NCBI GenBank assembly: GCA_002189035.1
Contig: NEEC01000004.1
Span: 1,178,001 to 1,242,000 of the forward strand
Direction: 5' to 3'
Source: Utricularia gibba
Taxonomy: Eukaryota > Plantae > Magnoliophyta
DNA: 64,000 nucleotides
Part shown: in pieces, positions 50,236-62,227 of the stretch
Layout of the letters: every line of letters begins with the position of its first letter
How positions within the stretch are numbered: the stretch's first letter is position 1
Position numbers and translations under genes: made by a program
The notes under the pieces: model-generated
What the model saw: only the letters and a program-made list of their open reading frames with translations
The model's database searches: none
What the model was told of the DNA's origin: nothing

Positions 50236-52383
50236 TTACGCCGCTCTTCTCCTTGTCTTGTTCATTTCCGACACCATCTTCTTGAAAAATTCGGACCGGC
50301 TCCGGTGGTAGTCGATCCACACGCATAGCTGCCGAATGGCCTCTCTCTTCTCCTCCTTGAGTACCAACATCGAATCTTCATTGTCCTGCAACGTTTTCTC
50401 TAGCTCCCTCACTTTATTCTCTGACTTCCAGAGCTTCTCCCTGCAACACAATATTTCAGCTTCTTTGTCACTGAGTTGGGCTAAGAGGCAATCCATTTCA
50501 TTGTTCGCATTTGAATGTGCTCTGTTCTTTCGAATCGCCCAGTGTTTGGCAAAGTTTAGCTCGCAGGCGGCCTTGGAAATTCTGTTGAGGAAGTTGTCTG
50601 AGCATTCAGCAAACTTTAGACTAACTGAATCCAATGAAATGAGCAGGTCATTCGTCATGATGGCTACATCCTTCATGCCATCAACAGCTGCTTGATTCCT
50701 TACAGCTTTGCCTTGTAATTCACTTCTCACTTCCTCATACGCTTCTTTGGTCTTTCTGTACCATTCTTTGAGCTCAACTTGCAGCTGCTCTGCGACCCTG
50801 ATCCTGCGGCTGAGGATTCGGAACTGGTCCTCGAAGACCTTTCGATGTTCTTCCGCCATTTCCTCTACTTTTCTATCAATGTGTTGCAAGTTCGCTGATA
50901 GTTTTGCTTCAGCAGCTTCTTTTTCATTGCTCAGCTTGCTGATGAGCGCATCGAGTTGAAGTATGCGTTTCTTCTGATGCTCAAGTTGAATGACAATATC
51001 TGAATTCTTCCTCTCCAGCTGAGACTTTGTTGAAGAAGATTCTTGCTTCGATTTATCGAGCTCGTCTTGCAATTGCTTCTTGACGGTTTCTAGTCCTCTC
51101 AACTTGATCATCACATCTTCCAACTTGGCCTTCAGACTTGTGATCTCTTCTTCCATGGATTTGATCTTCATAGACATAGAAACCTGGCAATCCTGAAACT
51201 TCTGTTGCTCAGTTACTATCTCTGATTCCTTCACAGACAGAGTTGCCTGAAGGCGGCATATTTCTTGTCGAAGCTTAACATTTTCGACATTCGTCTGCGA
51301 AGCTTCCAGGCTTGTTTTCTGCACATGATTCTCTAGTTCACTTTCCTTGTTCCTTAAAGATTTAATCACTTGTTCCAAATCTTTGATGAGCTCCTTCAGA
51401 CCTTCTTCCCCATCCCTGCTGCTACTTGTCACCATAGCCTCTGCTTCACCATTTTCATCCATGGATTCGTCTGTTTTCGATGTCGACTCCAATTCATCTC
51501 CCTTATCCTTCACTGTGGCGAGCTCAACCTGCAGGCCATCACATTTCTGCAAGAGCTCTTGAACTCTAGAGAGTAGCATCAGCTCATTGTCCTCATACTT
51601 TTGTGTTAGTGAGCAGACTTGAAGCTCTTGTTCTCTGCACTTGGCTTCCATTCTTGAGACCTCTTTCTTCATTTCCATCTCTTGCTTACACTTCTCCTCT
51701 ATTTGCTCCTCTATCTCCGCCTTCCGGTTCCGAAGCTCCTCAATTTCAAGCTTCAAATCCGACACTTGTTTCTCCAGATCACCCCCCATTGGAGCATCCT
51801 CAAGAATCTCGCTGAACTCCAAAGGTGAGCCAAGGCTAGCACTTTTCCTTGAGAAAGCAAGCTTATGGCTGAGAACTGTGTCATCTAAATCCAATGCCTC
51901 GATCTCTCGAAAATCGACGTCCGGTGACCTGGTAAAGCTTCTAACAAACATCTTGTTTCGAGTGTTCAACGGCGTGTAGAACGCCTCCGAATCGGAGCTG
52001 GGGGAACAATCATCCTCCTCCCCAGCATCCACACTACGCTTCACCTCATCCCTCAGCTCCTCATACAGAGAGTGAATCCATTGGTACTGCTTCTGGATCT
52101 GTTCCATTAGGTGAATGACTTCCACCCTCTTCCTCGAACTTCCTTCGCCATTTCCATTGCCCATGCTCCTCACGATCATCCTCATCCGCCTCATTTTGTT
52201 CTGCCCTTCTGCCAGATCAATGACAGGAATCAAGAAAAGGCAACTAAGAAAAAAAGCTTGCTCAATGTGGAACAACTGGTTGATGAAAGTACCCATTTTG
52301 GCCCATCTCAATTCCTCTTCTCTCTCGGGATCAATGTGGCTGCTGATGGATCTCAGCGACCCTCTCCCATGGTGGCTCGCCAT
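50236..52383 (-). CDS. COP1-interactive protein 1-like (NAB-like N-terminus and long coiled coil)
   Basis: ATG 52383; predicted intron 52292..52209; LMEQIQKQYQWIHSLYEEL; long heptad region; C-terminal EEKREAIRQLCVWIDYHRSR typical of CIP1-like proteins. Confidence 0.88.
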   Translation of the reverse strand: MASHHGRGSLRSISSHIDPEREEELRWAKMGTFINQLFHIEQAFFLSCLFLIPVIDLAEGQNKMRRMRMIVRSMGNGNGEGSSRKRVEVIHLMEQIQKQYQWIHSLYEELRDEVKRSVDAGEEDDCSPSSDSEAFYTPLNTRNKMFVRSFTRSPDVDFREIEALDLDDTVLSHKLAFSRKSASLGSPLEFSEILEDAPMGGDLEKQVSDLKLEIEELRNRKAEIEEQIEEKCKQEMEMKKEVSRMEAKCREQELQVCSLTQKYEDNELMLLSRVQELLQKCDGLQVELATVKDKGDELESTSKTDESMDENGEAEAMVTSSSRDGEEGLKELIKDLEQVIKSLRNKESELENHVQKTSLEASQTNVENVKLRQEICRLQATLSVKESEIVTEQQKFQDCQVSMSMKIKSMEEEITSLKAKLEDVMIKLRGLETVKKQLQDELDKSKQESSSTKSQLERKNSDIVIQLEHQKKRILQLDALISKLSNEKEAAEAKLSANLQHIDRKVEEMAEEHRKVFEDQFRILSRRIRVAEQLQVELKEWYRKTKEAYEEVRSELQGKAVRNQAAVDGMKDVAIMTNDLLISLDSVSLKFAECSDNFLNRISKAACELNFAKHWAIRKNRAHSNANNEMDCLLAQLSDKEAEILCCREKLWKSENKVRELEKTLQDNEDSMLVLKEEKREAIRQLCVWIDYHRSRSEFFKKMVSEMNKTRRRAA

Positions 52384-53949
52384 TGCGATATCCAAGATAC
52401 CAGCGATATTATTCCCTACACATGCACAAAAATCTATCTCTTTTCACAGCCACACCACGATCATTTCAACATGCAAATCGCATTATGCATCATCCATTTT
52501 CACGTCGAGGGAATTGAGATATGGTAACCGGGCAGCAGAGAGAGAGAAAACCATTACCTGAAGGATGCTTATCGATGAACAACAGGGGAAAACCGTGCAA
52601 ACGCAAAGGGCCAGAAGATGACAATTTCCTGGTTTTTTGGATGCTTCAAACCGCATGTTTGTTTAGACAGTGTTCTTATTACATTAAATTTTTTTATTTT
52701 TAATGAAAGTTAAATTCATACTATTATTCAAAAATTACAATTTTAATAATATGTATATATAATTTTTTTTTGAATGATGATGTAACTCTGTCACTTTATT
52801 TCTAGGTACGTTGCTCTTCTTACGCATATTGTAGTTGAGTATCCCATAAAGAAGAGGATTCATTATTAACATAAGAAATAACAATTTACACCTGTTATTT
52901 TATTGGTTATTTGGAAGAATAACCATCTAGCCTTCATCAAAGTTGAAAAATAACTATACTTTCAATTTTTTTGAGAAATAATCATACCAATTTATAAAAT
53001 TTTAAATAAATAGTTTTAAAAATAAGAATAAAAATAATACAAATACAATTTATAATTGAGATGAACATTTCTTTAAAAAAATTGAGATATAAGCATTTAT
53101 CAAATTTGATGTGAAATGAATGGAATAATTTTTTATTTTGGAGATGTTTATAGAATCAATTTTGTTACTAGGAAATATTTATGTTTTAAAAAGTTTAAAA
53201 ATTTAAAAATAATAATTATTTGTAATAATTTGCATAAACTATGTTGAAATTCCTTTCTGTATATGTACGGTCTTTTTTGAAATGGAGGATGGTTTTCCTT
53301 GTTCCTCACCCTCTTTCTTCAAACTGAACTCAAAACAGAACCTAATAAAAATAATTAAAAACGTTCATTCAATTCCTCCAGCTGCATGGGTTGGGATGGG
53401 ACGTTGTAGGTTGGAGAGATTCTTGAGCATCGAGCCCGGCAGCCTTGATCAAACTACACCATGAACCGCAGCGGGTTCCGAAGCAGTAAATAAATGAATT
53501 ACTGTTTCAGTTCCCGGCACACCATGATCCGCAACAGAGGTAGGGTTTTGTGTGGAGGTGGAGGAGACCGGAAAGGAACAAAAGAACAGTAGAATGCATG
53601 TTGTTGGATTCCTGTGAATCCAGGGACAGCCACCCCAGGCATGGGTTGGGACTTGAAATATGGGGGGAAATGATTCAGAACCCAAAGCACCCTTTTACAG
53701 AGTTCACACTTGCTTTTTTTCCCCCTTCAGAATTGAAGCACAGTAGCCCTCCTCCTGCTGTTGCTGCTCTTTCTTTTTTAACCTCTGTGGCGTTTCACCT
53801 GCGCTTGCACAATTGGAACTCAGGTTTTAACCATTCCTTCCGTGGTGAAGACTGGATTTTTCACATATCACATATCCACTTGCATTGCAACTGCTCATTT
53901 TCAGATTTCTACACTTCCTGATAATCCATAAAAAACAATTATTCTTCCA

Positions 53950-53953
<4 letters not shown>

Positions 53954-53993
<40 letters not shown>
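53954..53993. repeat. (AT)20 microsatellite
   Basis: Perfect dinucleotide run. Confidence 0.9.
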
Positions 53994-53995
<2 letters not shown>

Positions 53996-54880
53996 TATTA
54001 AATTGTTGTTTAATCCTCGGGGTTCGGACCTTCGTACCGTTTCTGGGTGAGAACGCAGTGCAGGTGCAATTTATTTCGTTCCGCCGCTATATTTGACGGT
54101 CCTTTTTACCTAAATCGCTCAGCATTATTAATTAATAAACGTAAATAGTAACTATATTTTTAAATAAAAAAAATCAATCTTCTTAAATAAAAATTAAATT
54201 AAACCCTAATTCCATGGTTATTTTGATTATTTTGATTATTTTGATTGCGATTGGTAAGCCCCTAAAATGATCTTCCGGATATGTACGGTGTTACAAGGTA
54301 AAATCCGACATTCCTGGTAAAATCCGGTATGCGTGAAGGAGATGGGTGAAGTTGGTGAAATTATGAAAATGACAGTGGCATTGACTGCGGCTGACACAAT
54401 TCGCCAGAATAAAATATTATGTAAGCATTTAATTTTGAATTAGTACACTGAAATGATAATTCGAAATTCTGAAATTAAAGATCATAATTAAAGTTTTTCG
54501 AAAAAAAACTCATTTCTTTTTGCTACAAACTTTGTTTTTAGAAATACTACAAAACAGTTTTGTTTAAAATACGAATTATTTATATTTTAAAAAATTTAAA
54601 AATCTAAAAACATTTTTTATTTTTTAAAAATAAATAATCTAAACTTCTAATTTATAAAAATCTATAAATTTATATTTCGAATGTCTTAGGTTTTTGAAAT
54701 AGTGTTCTAAAAACAATTTTGTTATGCAACACGAGTAATTTATGTTTCAAAAATTTCAAAAATCTAAAAAAATTATTTTTATTTTTAATAACATGCATAC
54801 ATTTAATTTATTTTTTTATCTCAAATATTTTTCAAAAATTCATTTTAAAAAAACATATATCAAATAAAACTTGGCTCGTC

Positions 54881-54887
54881 TATATAA
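54881..54887 (+). promoter_or_regulatory. TATA box, likely for pri-MIR319
   Basis: TATATAA at the end of an AT-rich spacer, followed by a pyrimidine-rich initiator-like stretch about 200 bp upstream of the hairpin. Confidence 0.5.
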
Positions 54888-55083
54888 CCCACATCATCGT
54901 TATCTTCCCTACCCGTCTCCTTTAACCCCCCTTCTTTCAAGCAATTCCAGGATCGAAGCGGAGTGTTCGCACAGAACTCCGCTCCGCATTCTGCTCCTAT
55001 TTTGCACACATTGTCTGGTCGGAGATCGGTGCCTTTGTCATGTATATGTCTGTCTTGTAAGAAGGTGTAAGTTGGTGGAGCAT

Positions 55084-55258
55084 GGAGTGAACTCCCTTGA
55101 GTTCAAGCGTAGGGAAAGAAGGATCCAATTTGCTGTCGACGCATTCGTACAAATGCCGGCCATCGTTGACTCATCGATGACTGGTAAATGAACGAATGGA
55201 GCGGGAGTCAACTTGAATCCCACCTTTCTTGTTCTTGGACTGAAGGGAGCTCCCTCCC
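55084..55258 (+). ncRNA. MIR319: MIR319 precursor hairpin; mature miRNA at 55235..55255
   Basis: TTGGACTGAAGGGAGCTCCCT is the canonical miR319. The star arm GAACTCCCTTGAGTTCAAG (55089..55107) pairs with it. Loop-proximal blocks typical of MIR159/319 are present (GCTGTCGACGCATTCGT / TAAATGAACGAATGGAGCGG). Confidence 0.96.
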
Positions 55259-56710
55259 TCCCTCCCTCGTTTGCTCATGAAAAAGAAAAAAACCAAGGGG
55301 CGTTTTTTACCTTCGGTGAAAGTTAGGGGATGTTTGGTAGGGGTGGTTAGACTAGTTTTACCTGGTTTGGTTTAATATTACCATTGTTTGGGAGAAGTTA
55401 TTAGTTTAACACCATGTTTAAATTAAACACCAATTTTTTTGATTTTATGTGTTTAAATTCAACCCAACCTCTCATGGGTTTAAAATAAACAGTATGTTTA
55501 TTACTAAATAATTCATATTATGAAATCAGATTTTAAATAAACACCACTACCAAACTTGTTTATATTTAAAGAGGGATAATTTTAAACACAATTCTAAACA
55601 TTAATAATTTTAACTTATGTTATTCTAAATTTGCTATCATACATGACATTAGGGTTTTATGACACCGCTGTGGGGAACAGGAACAGAGATTCGGTACGGA
55701 CAGGGAGGAGCGGGGTATTGTTCTGTGGTAATAAGTTTCAATTCTCTGTCCACCTCAAAATTAAAAAAAATATGAACAAATCCCCATAAATGGTATCAAA
55801 AATACCTGATGTTGAGGTTAATAATTAGGGCAAGTCAAAAAAAAAAAAACGCGTTTATCAACTTGTCAAGCGACGGCGTCGTTGTGATGCGCGCAGGGCC
55901 TTTGTGTCTTTTTGCTCGATATCATTGCCAGCACTTTCCGAAGCCTAACTGGAGCTTCCCTGAAAGACGGGGTTCTGCTTTGCGTTGTATCTGGCTGTTC
56001 TCTTGCTTGGCGGAGGTGGCGGATCGGCGGCGTTTTGGAATAGGTGAGAATTTTGTCTTCGATGTTGCGTCATGCGTGGAGGACCACGGCGGAAGTGGAT
56101 GATTGAGTTCAACATTCAATTTCACCTTTCTCACTCGTGTGTTTAATTGTGCCCGTTGGTCTCTCCTTTTTCAGGTCAAGCGTACTTGTCGACAGTTTTT
56201 GGTCCGATGCTTTTCCATTTTTGTGTTTTCTTTTTTGGTGGCTGGAATTTGTGAAATTTCAGTAAGATCTCCTCTCTGTTTCTAATGGTAATCAGTTGAT
56301 TGAGATTCCTTTTATTGTGAGATTTCTCTATTCTGATTGAAATTCGTTTGGTATATCATGGCAGTGTTTTTATCTTTCCGATTGCTGTGCCGATGTTCGG
56401 CTTTTAGTATAGAATCTTACTTGTGGATGCTTGTCTGTATCCTTAGTCACCTAGAGATTACAATTTTCGCAGGAAGATTCTGTCTTTGCGTGAGATAGTG
56501 TGATCGTTGTGCGATGGGAGATCTTGACGTGCACTAGTGCTTGTAAACAAGGAAATCTGGTATGTATATAATGGACCGCCGTGATACATCGGGGTTTGTG
56601 AGTGGAGGAGGTCTGTTTAACTTGCCTCTGTAAAGATATACTTCAACCCCGGAGCTCAGGGAAGGCTGTTTTTTAAATAAGTGTTCTGTCTGTGCCGTTG
56701 CTGTCTGGAG

Positions 56711-58586
56711 ATGGATTCCAGTTTCCACGATCTGTGTTGCAATGCTATCTGCAAATCTCACGCATTCAATAATTCGGGCAATCCTGTTTTGATTCGAGAA
56801 ACTGATGTCAATAGGCAGGATACGACCTTCGATGTTACTTCTCTGATTGGTGTAAAAAGGAGGTGGAGCTCTGTGGATGAGCCAGGGAATCAGCACGCTG
56901 GATCATTCCTAGACCTCAGCCTGGGACAGTCATCTAGTTTATCAGATACAATGGGGATCACGACTACTGGATGCACCTCGGTGTCTTCAGTCAAGGAGGC
57001 AGATTATTCTTCGATGGATTTGGCGTCGGACTTCACTCGCCACCTGGGAGGAGATAAACCAACGGAGTCAGAGAAATCTTGGAGATATCCTTTAAAATCA
57101 TACTGTGCATGGCCTGTGGTTGATCTGCAATTGAGTCTCTTCAGTGGAACTGCTCCATCTGAAGTTACAACTGCCCATTCAAGTCATACAGTGTTGGGTA
57201 AAGTAAGCAGGGTGATCGTAGAGCCTGACTTGGATACAGATGAAGAAATGAGAGGAAAGCATTATTCTCAACCGGCGAACATTATTGGATATGTAAACTC
57301 TGCTAACCAGCCATCAGGGGAGATTTCAGTGGCTTCTCCAAGTTTCTCCTCCAGCATAGCAACAGCAGATAAAACCTCCGCCAACTGTACTTCTGGGGTA
57401 GCATTGTCAAAGCACCAACGTGTGAAGGGTTCCAAAGGGTGCCAATCTATTGGGTGTGGTAAGGGAGCAAGAGGGGCTTCTGGTTTCTGTATCGCTCATG
57501 GCGGTGGTCGTAGGTGCCAGCGGACTGATTGCAGTAAAGGAGCTGAGGGTCGTACTGCTTTTTGCAAGGCTCATGGTGGTGGACGACGATGTGATTACCT
57601 AGGATGCACTAAAAGTGCTGAGGGACGCACGGATTTCTGTGTCGCCCATGGCGGTGGTCGGCGTTGTCGTCATGAGGGCTGCACCCGAGTCTCCAGAGGG
57701 AAATCCGGGAAATGCATTCGTCATGGTGGAGGCAAGAGATGCCAGATTGAAAATTGCACAAAGAGTGCAGAGGGCCGGTCTGGTCTTTGTATCTCTCATG
57801 GAGGTGGGCGCCGATGCAAATACCATGATTGCAAAAAGGGGCTCAGGGAAGCACGCAGTTCTGCAAGGCTCATGGCGGTGGTAAACGTTGCGCCTATCCA
57901 GGATGCCAAAAAGGTGCTGAAGGAAGCACCTCCTTCTGCAAAGGCCATGGAGGGGGGAAACGATGTTCATTCCAAGGGGAGGAGTTTGCCCGAAGAGTGT
58001 CCATGGAGGCACCCTTTTCTGTGTAGCACATGGAGGTGGCAAAAGGTGTGCGATTGCTGAGTGTACAAAGAGTGCCAGGGGACGAACTGACTTTTGTGTT
58101 CGTCACGGTGGGGGCAAGAGATGCCAATATGAAGGCTGTGACAAAAGCGCTCAGGGAAGGACTGATCTTTGCAAGGCTCATGGTGGAGGGAAGAGGTGCT
58201 CTTGGGGTCACTCTGGTTCACACTATGGCACTGGCGACGAACCATGTGCATTATACGCCAAGGTTAAAAATGGACTCTGCGCCAGCCATGGTGCGCTGGT
58301 TCAGGATAATAGAGTCCACGGTTCTGAGATGCATGAAACTGCAGTCCATGACTTGAGAGCCATTCAACATGCCGGAGCAACAACACACTTTGCACATGCA
58401 GGCACCCAATCCAACATAGAAACTCATGTTGGTTGCCATGTTGCAAATCTCCATGCTGGAAGTAATAAACCACTGGACAATTTTCCAGAAGGGAGGGTTC
58501 ATGGTGGTAATCTGATTGCAGTGGCTGCTTGCCATGAAGATCTGGCTGAACTATCAACATTCTTGACTCACTTAACAGGAATGTAA
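56711..58586 (+). CDS. WRKY19-like zinc-finger repeat protein (CxxxGCxKxAxGxxxxCxxHGGG repeats, no WRKY domain)
   Basis: About ten HGGG[K/R]RC repeats, an LQLSL motif and a C-terminal PEGRVHGG. Two -1 shifts at G4 runs 57838-57841 and 57976-57979 split the ORF across three frames. Confidence 0.9.
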
Positions 58587-59030
58587 GGTGGGTGGCTTTA
58601 CATGTTGGTATGTAGTCGCCTGAATAGAAAGTGTGCTGTACAATTTGTCATTGTTGAAGTAAGTTGCTTGTAAGCTAGCAATAAGGCAACATTGGAACAA
58701 CCAGTTTGTTGCTCCAATGCCCTCTTTTCCCTTCATTCCCATTCTTGTGGATACCCTCGATTTTCTTTTACAGACAATATTGCAGCTGTACTTCGATGCT
58801 TGTGAATTGTTTTGGTCTTTAGATATGATTCTGTTTTGACAATATGCAGCACCATGTAAAAAGCCTTCAACTAGTAATTATTCACAGGGCTCTAAATAGT
58901 TACACGGACAAAGATTTATTAGCAACGATATCTAATCACCAACACTCACAAAAGCTGTGTACCAATCCAAGAAATAAGTAATTGTAAAATCTCACACCTC
59001 CAAATTGTAATAAAGGCCACATCTGTATAC

Positions 59031-60436
59031 TCATTCCCTCTTTATGTCTCTCCTTGGGATCTTGCTAAGAACCTTAGCATCAAATACTGCATACTGCTTC
59101 TTGATCTCAGCTCCTGCCTTGTGGGCAAAAGAATCTATCTCATCTTCATATTTCTCGTAAACCAAAGGCACCGTTAACGCCCCCACTGTACCTGTTCGAA
59201 ATCATGAAGCAAAAATGTCACTAATGTAAACTTATATTTATAGAAAAGAGGCTGTATTGGAAGCTCAGGAAATTAGGAAATGATCATCATACTTAGGTAG
59301 AACAGCGTTAAGATGTCAAAGTAGCCGCCCACAATTGACACCAGCCACAAGACAGAAATGACCTGTAACGAGGCAAAGATAATCTATGTGAAACTCAACT
59401 ATATCAGGAGAACATAAAATCATGCTGTTTCAAGTCGCATTTTCAAGCATCTCTTGGTTTTTTAATATTCCTTATACTTACATTTTCAGAACAAATACCA
59501 AGAAGCTTAAAGAGAAAGTCACATTCAAATATAGTATCCACATACAGTGAGAAATTTCTTCAAATCCCTTCCAGAGGCTATTTCTCTAAGAGAAAACAAG
59601 GCTCTATTGATCTCGATCCTGAGATCAGAAACAAACTCCAAGACAGGCTTTTCTGGTATGAAGACTTCTGGGATGCGTGGTGGAGATCTTCAAAAAAGGC
59701 CAATCAAAATAAACAATGATTCAGTGGCATATGATGAGACCACCCAGAAAAAAAAAGTGTTCAACAATGGTGGTGCTCACTTCCTGATAAAGATGGACCC
59801 ATTTGTCCACAAGAACAAGATAACAAGCCCCGTGATCAAAGCATGAGATACCAAAGTGAGGAGATGGTACTCCAGAACATCAAATAAGATCCATATAGCA
59901 GTGGCTACACCAAGAAACCCCCCTGAAACCTTCTTATCCCTCCATAGAAGCACATCAGCAGCTGAACATCAACGAGAGTCAAGCACGTTAGCTAACTAAA
60001 TACACTCTTCGAACTCCTCCATTCCACAAAACTTGTTAACAGTCTATCGGAAAACGGGGGAAAATCAATCACAAAAGGAACAGTGAAAAATAAACTTGAT
60101 CATAAGGAAACAATTCCCGGATGCAGAAAGATCCCGTTCAACGCATCAGCCACACAAGAAAACACGCGAAAGGGACTTGATCCCATCATAATACGCAAAA
60201 TCGACGAATCTCACGGAGACGATCCGTGTCGATATCAGTTTCCGGATTCACCCAGTTTCAAGAATCTTACCTATACCACCACCAAGTACAGCATGAACAT
60301 CCGTCTCCCTGCCGAAGAGACGTTTGATTTTGGGCTTGAAAGATGACAGCAACGCATCATCATCGGAGTCCGACGACGATGAGGACGAATCGGGATTGAT
60401 TTTTTCGACTATCTTTTCCACAAATGAATCCGCCAT
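59031..60436 (-). CDS. RTNLB: Reticulon-like protein (RTNLB1-4 type)
   Basis: [13 protein letters not shown]...[10 protein letters not shown]...[78 protein letters not shown]. Confidence 0.94.
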
Positions 60437-60597
60437 GTTCCTGCGATCAAACCAGAAGACGAAACGCCGTTTGAGTGCAGAGAAGCTATAACCGACCCCA
60501 AACTGCAATTGTATCTCAACCGTGAGCTACTCCTCCAATAATAGAAATATATTTTCAAAATATGTAATTTAATCCTATTTTTCGAAATGGACGGATT

Positions 60598-60625
60598 TGG
60601 GCCGTATATGGGCTTTTAGTGGGCT
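60598..60625 (+). promoter_or_regulatory. Three site II elements (TGGGCY) in a bidirectional promoter
   Basis: TGGGCC at 60598, TGGGCT at 60609 and TGGGCT at 60620, in the 260-bp gap between the divergent ATGs. Confidence 0.7.
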
Positions 60626-60696
60626 CATTGATTTCGTTGGCATTTCTTAGAACCCTCCTCGAATCGCAGTCGTTCTCGGCGACTGAATTCGTTCTA

Positions 60697-62227
60697 ATGC
60701 TGGTCCGGCGAGCGGCGTCGCTGTGCGCCTCCACCTTGCACCACCGTCTGCGGAGGTTTTCCATCGCCGCTGTCCATCAGGAACTCGATGATCTTCCGGA
60801 ATTCAGGTACCTGGAGGGATTACCTAAACCGGACCCCAAATACAATGAAATTATTGAAGCGATTCCGCGTCCTAAGTCGGGAAAGAACATTGCTGCGAAA
60901 GAAAGGGCAGCTGGTCGAGCTCCGAGTATAGTATTTGAAGCGGAAGATGGACAGCACGGGGGCAATAAACGTCTCATTTCTGTACAGAGTAAACAGATAA
61001 AGAAGCTTGTGAATCATTTGGGCCAGCATTTCTTTCTCTCCAGGCTTTTTGATCTAGAGGTTCATCAGGAATTCGGCTCGGAAGATATTGTGGAGAAAGT
61101 TCGCGTATTACCGCGGGCGGTAAGTGTTTTTTTGCTTCAGCGATGGCTGTTCTATTTACAATATATGAAAGGTGTTCACCCCACTTGCTTGAGTTTACTG
61201 GTGACGGAATTGATTTTGTTTGAGTACTATGCCCTGATTGGAAAGTGGACGAGATTATCGTGTAGGAGCTATAAAACTCATGTTTTTTGTTGGTGGAATT
61301 GGAAATAGCCCATTCTTTTTATCTGGTTTCTGTTGCGAAGCTTCGGACTCTCTGGTTTGTGAAGTTATGTCATAGAACCCTTTGCTGGCAGAAGAATTGC
61401 ATAGTCTGCATTGTTTTACCGTGCTTGTGGTGAGGCTTTTGAAACTGTAAGCCCGTTTTCTGTGCCACCGAATTTGAAATTTTTACAACGTGCTGAAGGT
61501 TTTGAAATTGGGCATTCCTGGTTTATGTGCTGAATAATCTGCATTTTTATAACCGTCTTTTGTCGAAAAAAAAAAAGAATTGGCGAATGCTACATTGATC
61601 TATTATGGTTTGTGATAAAGCTCGTGAACTTTAGGTTCTTTGTTTTGAGAACTGGTGATGGTGAAACAATTTTGGAATCTGTTAGGATTGATAAATGCTA
61701 CTTCATTTTAGTGTTATCCCATAGAGCCTGTGGAACTGAATGTCTCATGACCTGATGGAGTCTCTCTTGATGTGTTTCAGATTCATCTTCATGCAGGCAC
61801 AGATGCACTGCTCAACGTTACCTTCATAAGAGCTCCATCCAGTGCCTGGTTGAAGGTTAACGTTCCCCTCGTATTCCGGGCGAAGATGTTTCACCAGGCT
61901 TGAAGAAAGGTATCTACCCAGCAAGCTCACCTGCTTTCCCCTTCATCCTAACTCAATCAGGATACTCTCAAACAGTGCAGTAATATTTTGTGCCTCATTT
62001 CTGCAGGATCCCCTCTGCTTACCATCGAGAGAACCGTCAAGTATCTCTGTCCGGCAGATATAATTCCGCCATACATCGACGTCGATATCAGCGAGCTCGA
62101 CGTCGGTCAGAAGATCGTCGCCGGCGACCTCAAAGTTCATCCTGCACTAAAGCTTCTAAGATCTAAGGGTGATCCAATATGCAAGATAAAGGGTGCTCGG
62201 GCCTCCGATCAACGGAAGTCCAAGTGA
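60697..62227 (+). CDS. Organellar (probably mitochondrial) ribosomal protein bL25/Ctc family
   Basis: Presequence-like MLVRRAASL; YLEGLPKPDPKY...ERAAGRAPSIVFE; IHLHAGTDALLNVTFIRAP...KVNVPLVFRGEDVSPGLKKG; PYIDVDISELDVGQKI. Confidence 0.9.

Noticed and set aside
53282-53921. Short ORFs and small hairpins upstream of CIP1-like
   Set aside because: No known miRNA or protein motif recognised; probably promoter or leader sequence.
57421-58200. HGGG-RC repeats as a CRISPR-like or tandem DNA array
   Set aside because: The repeats are conserved at the protein level with synonymous variation and belong to a known plant zinc-finger repeat family.
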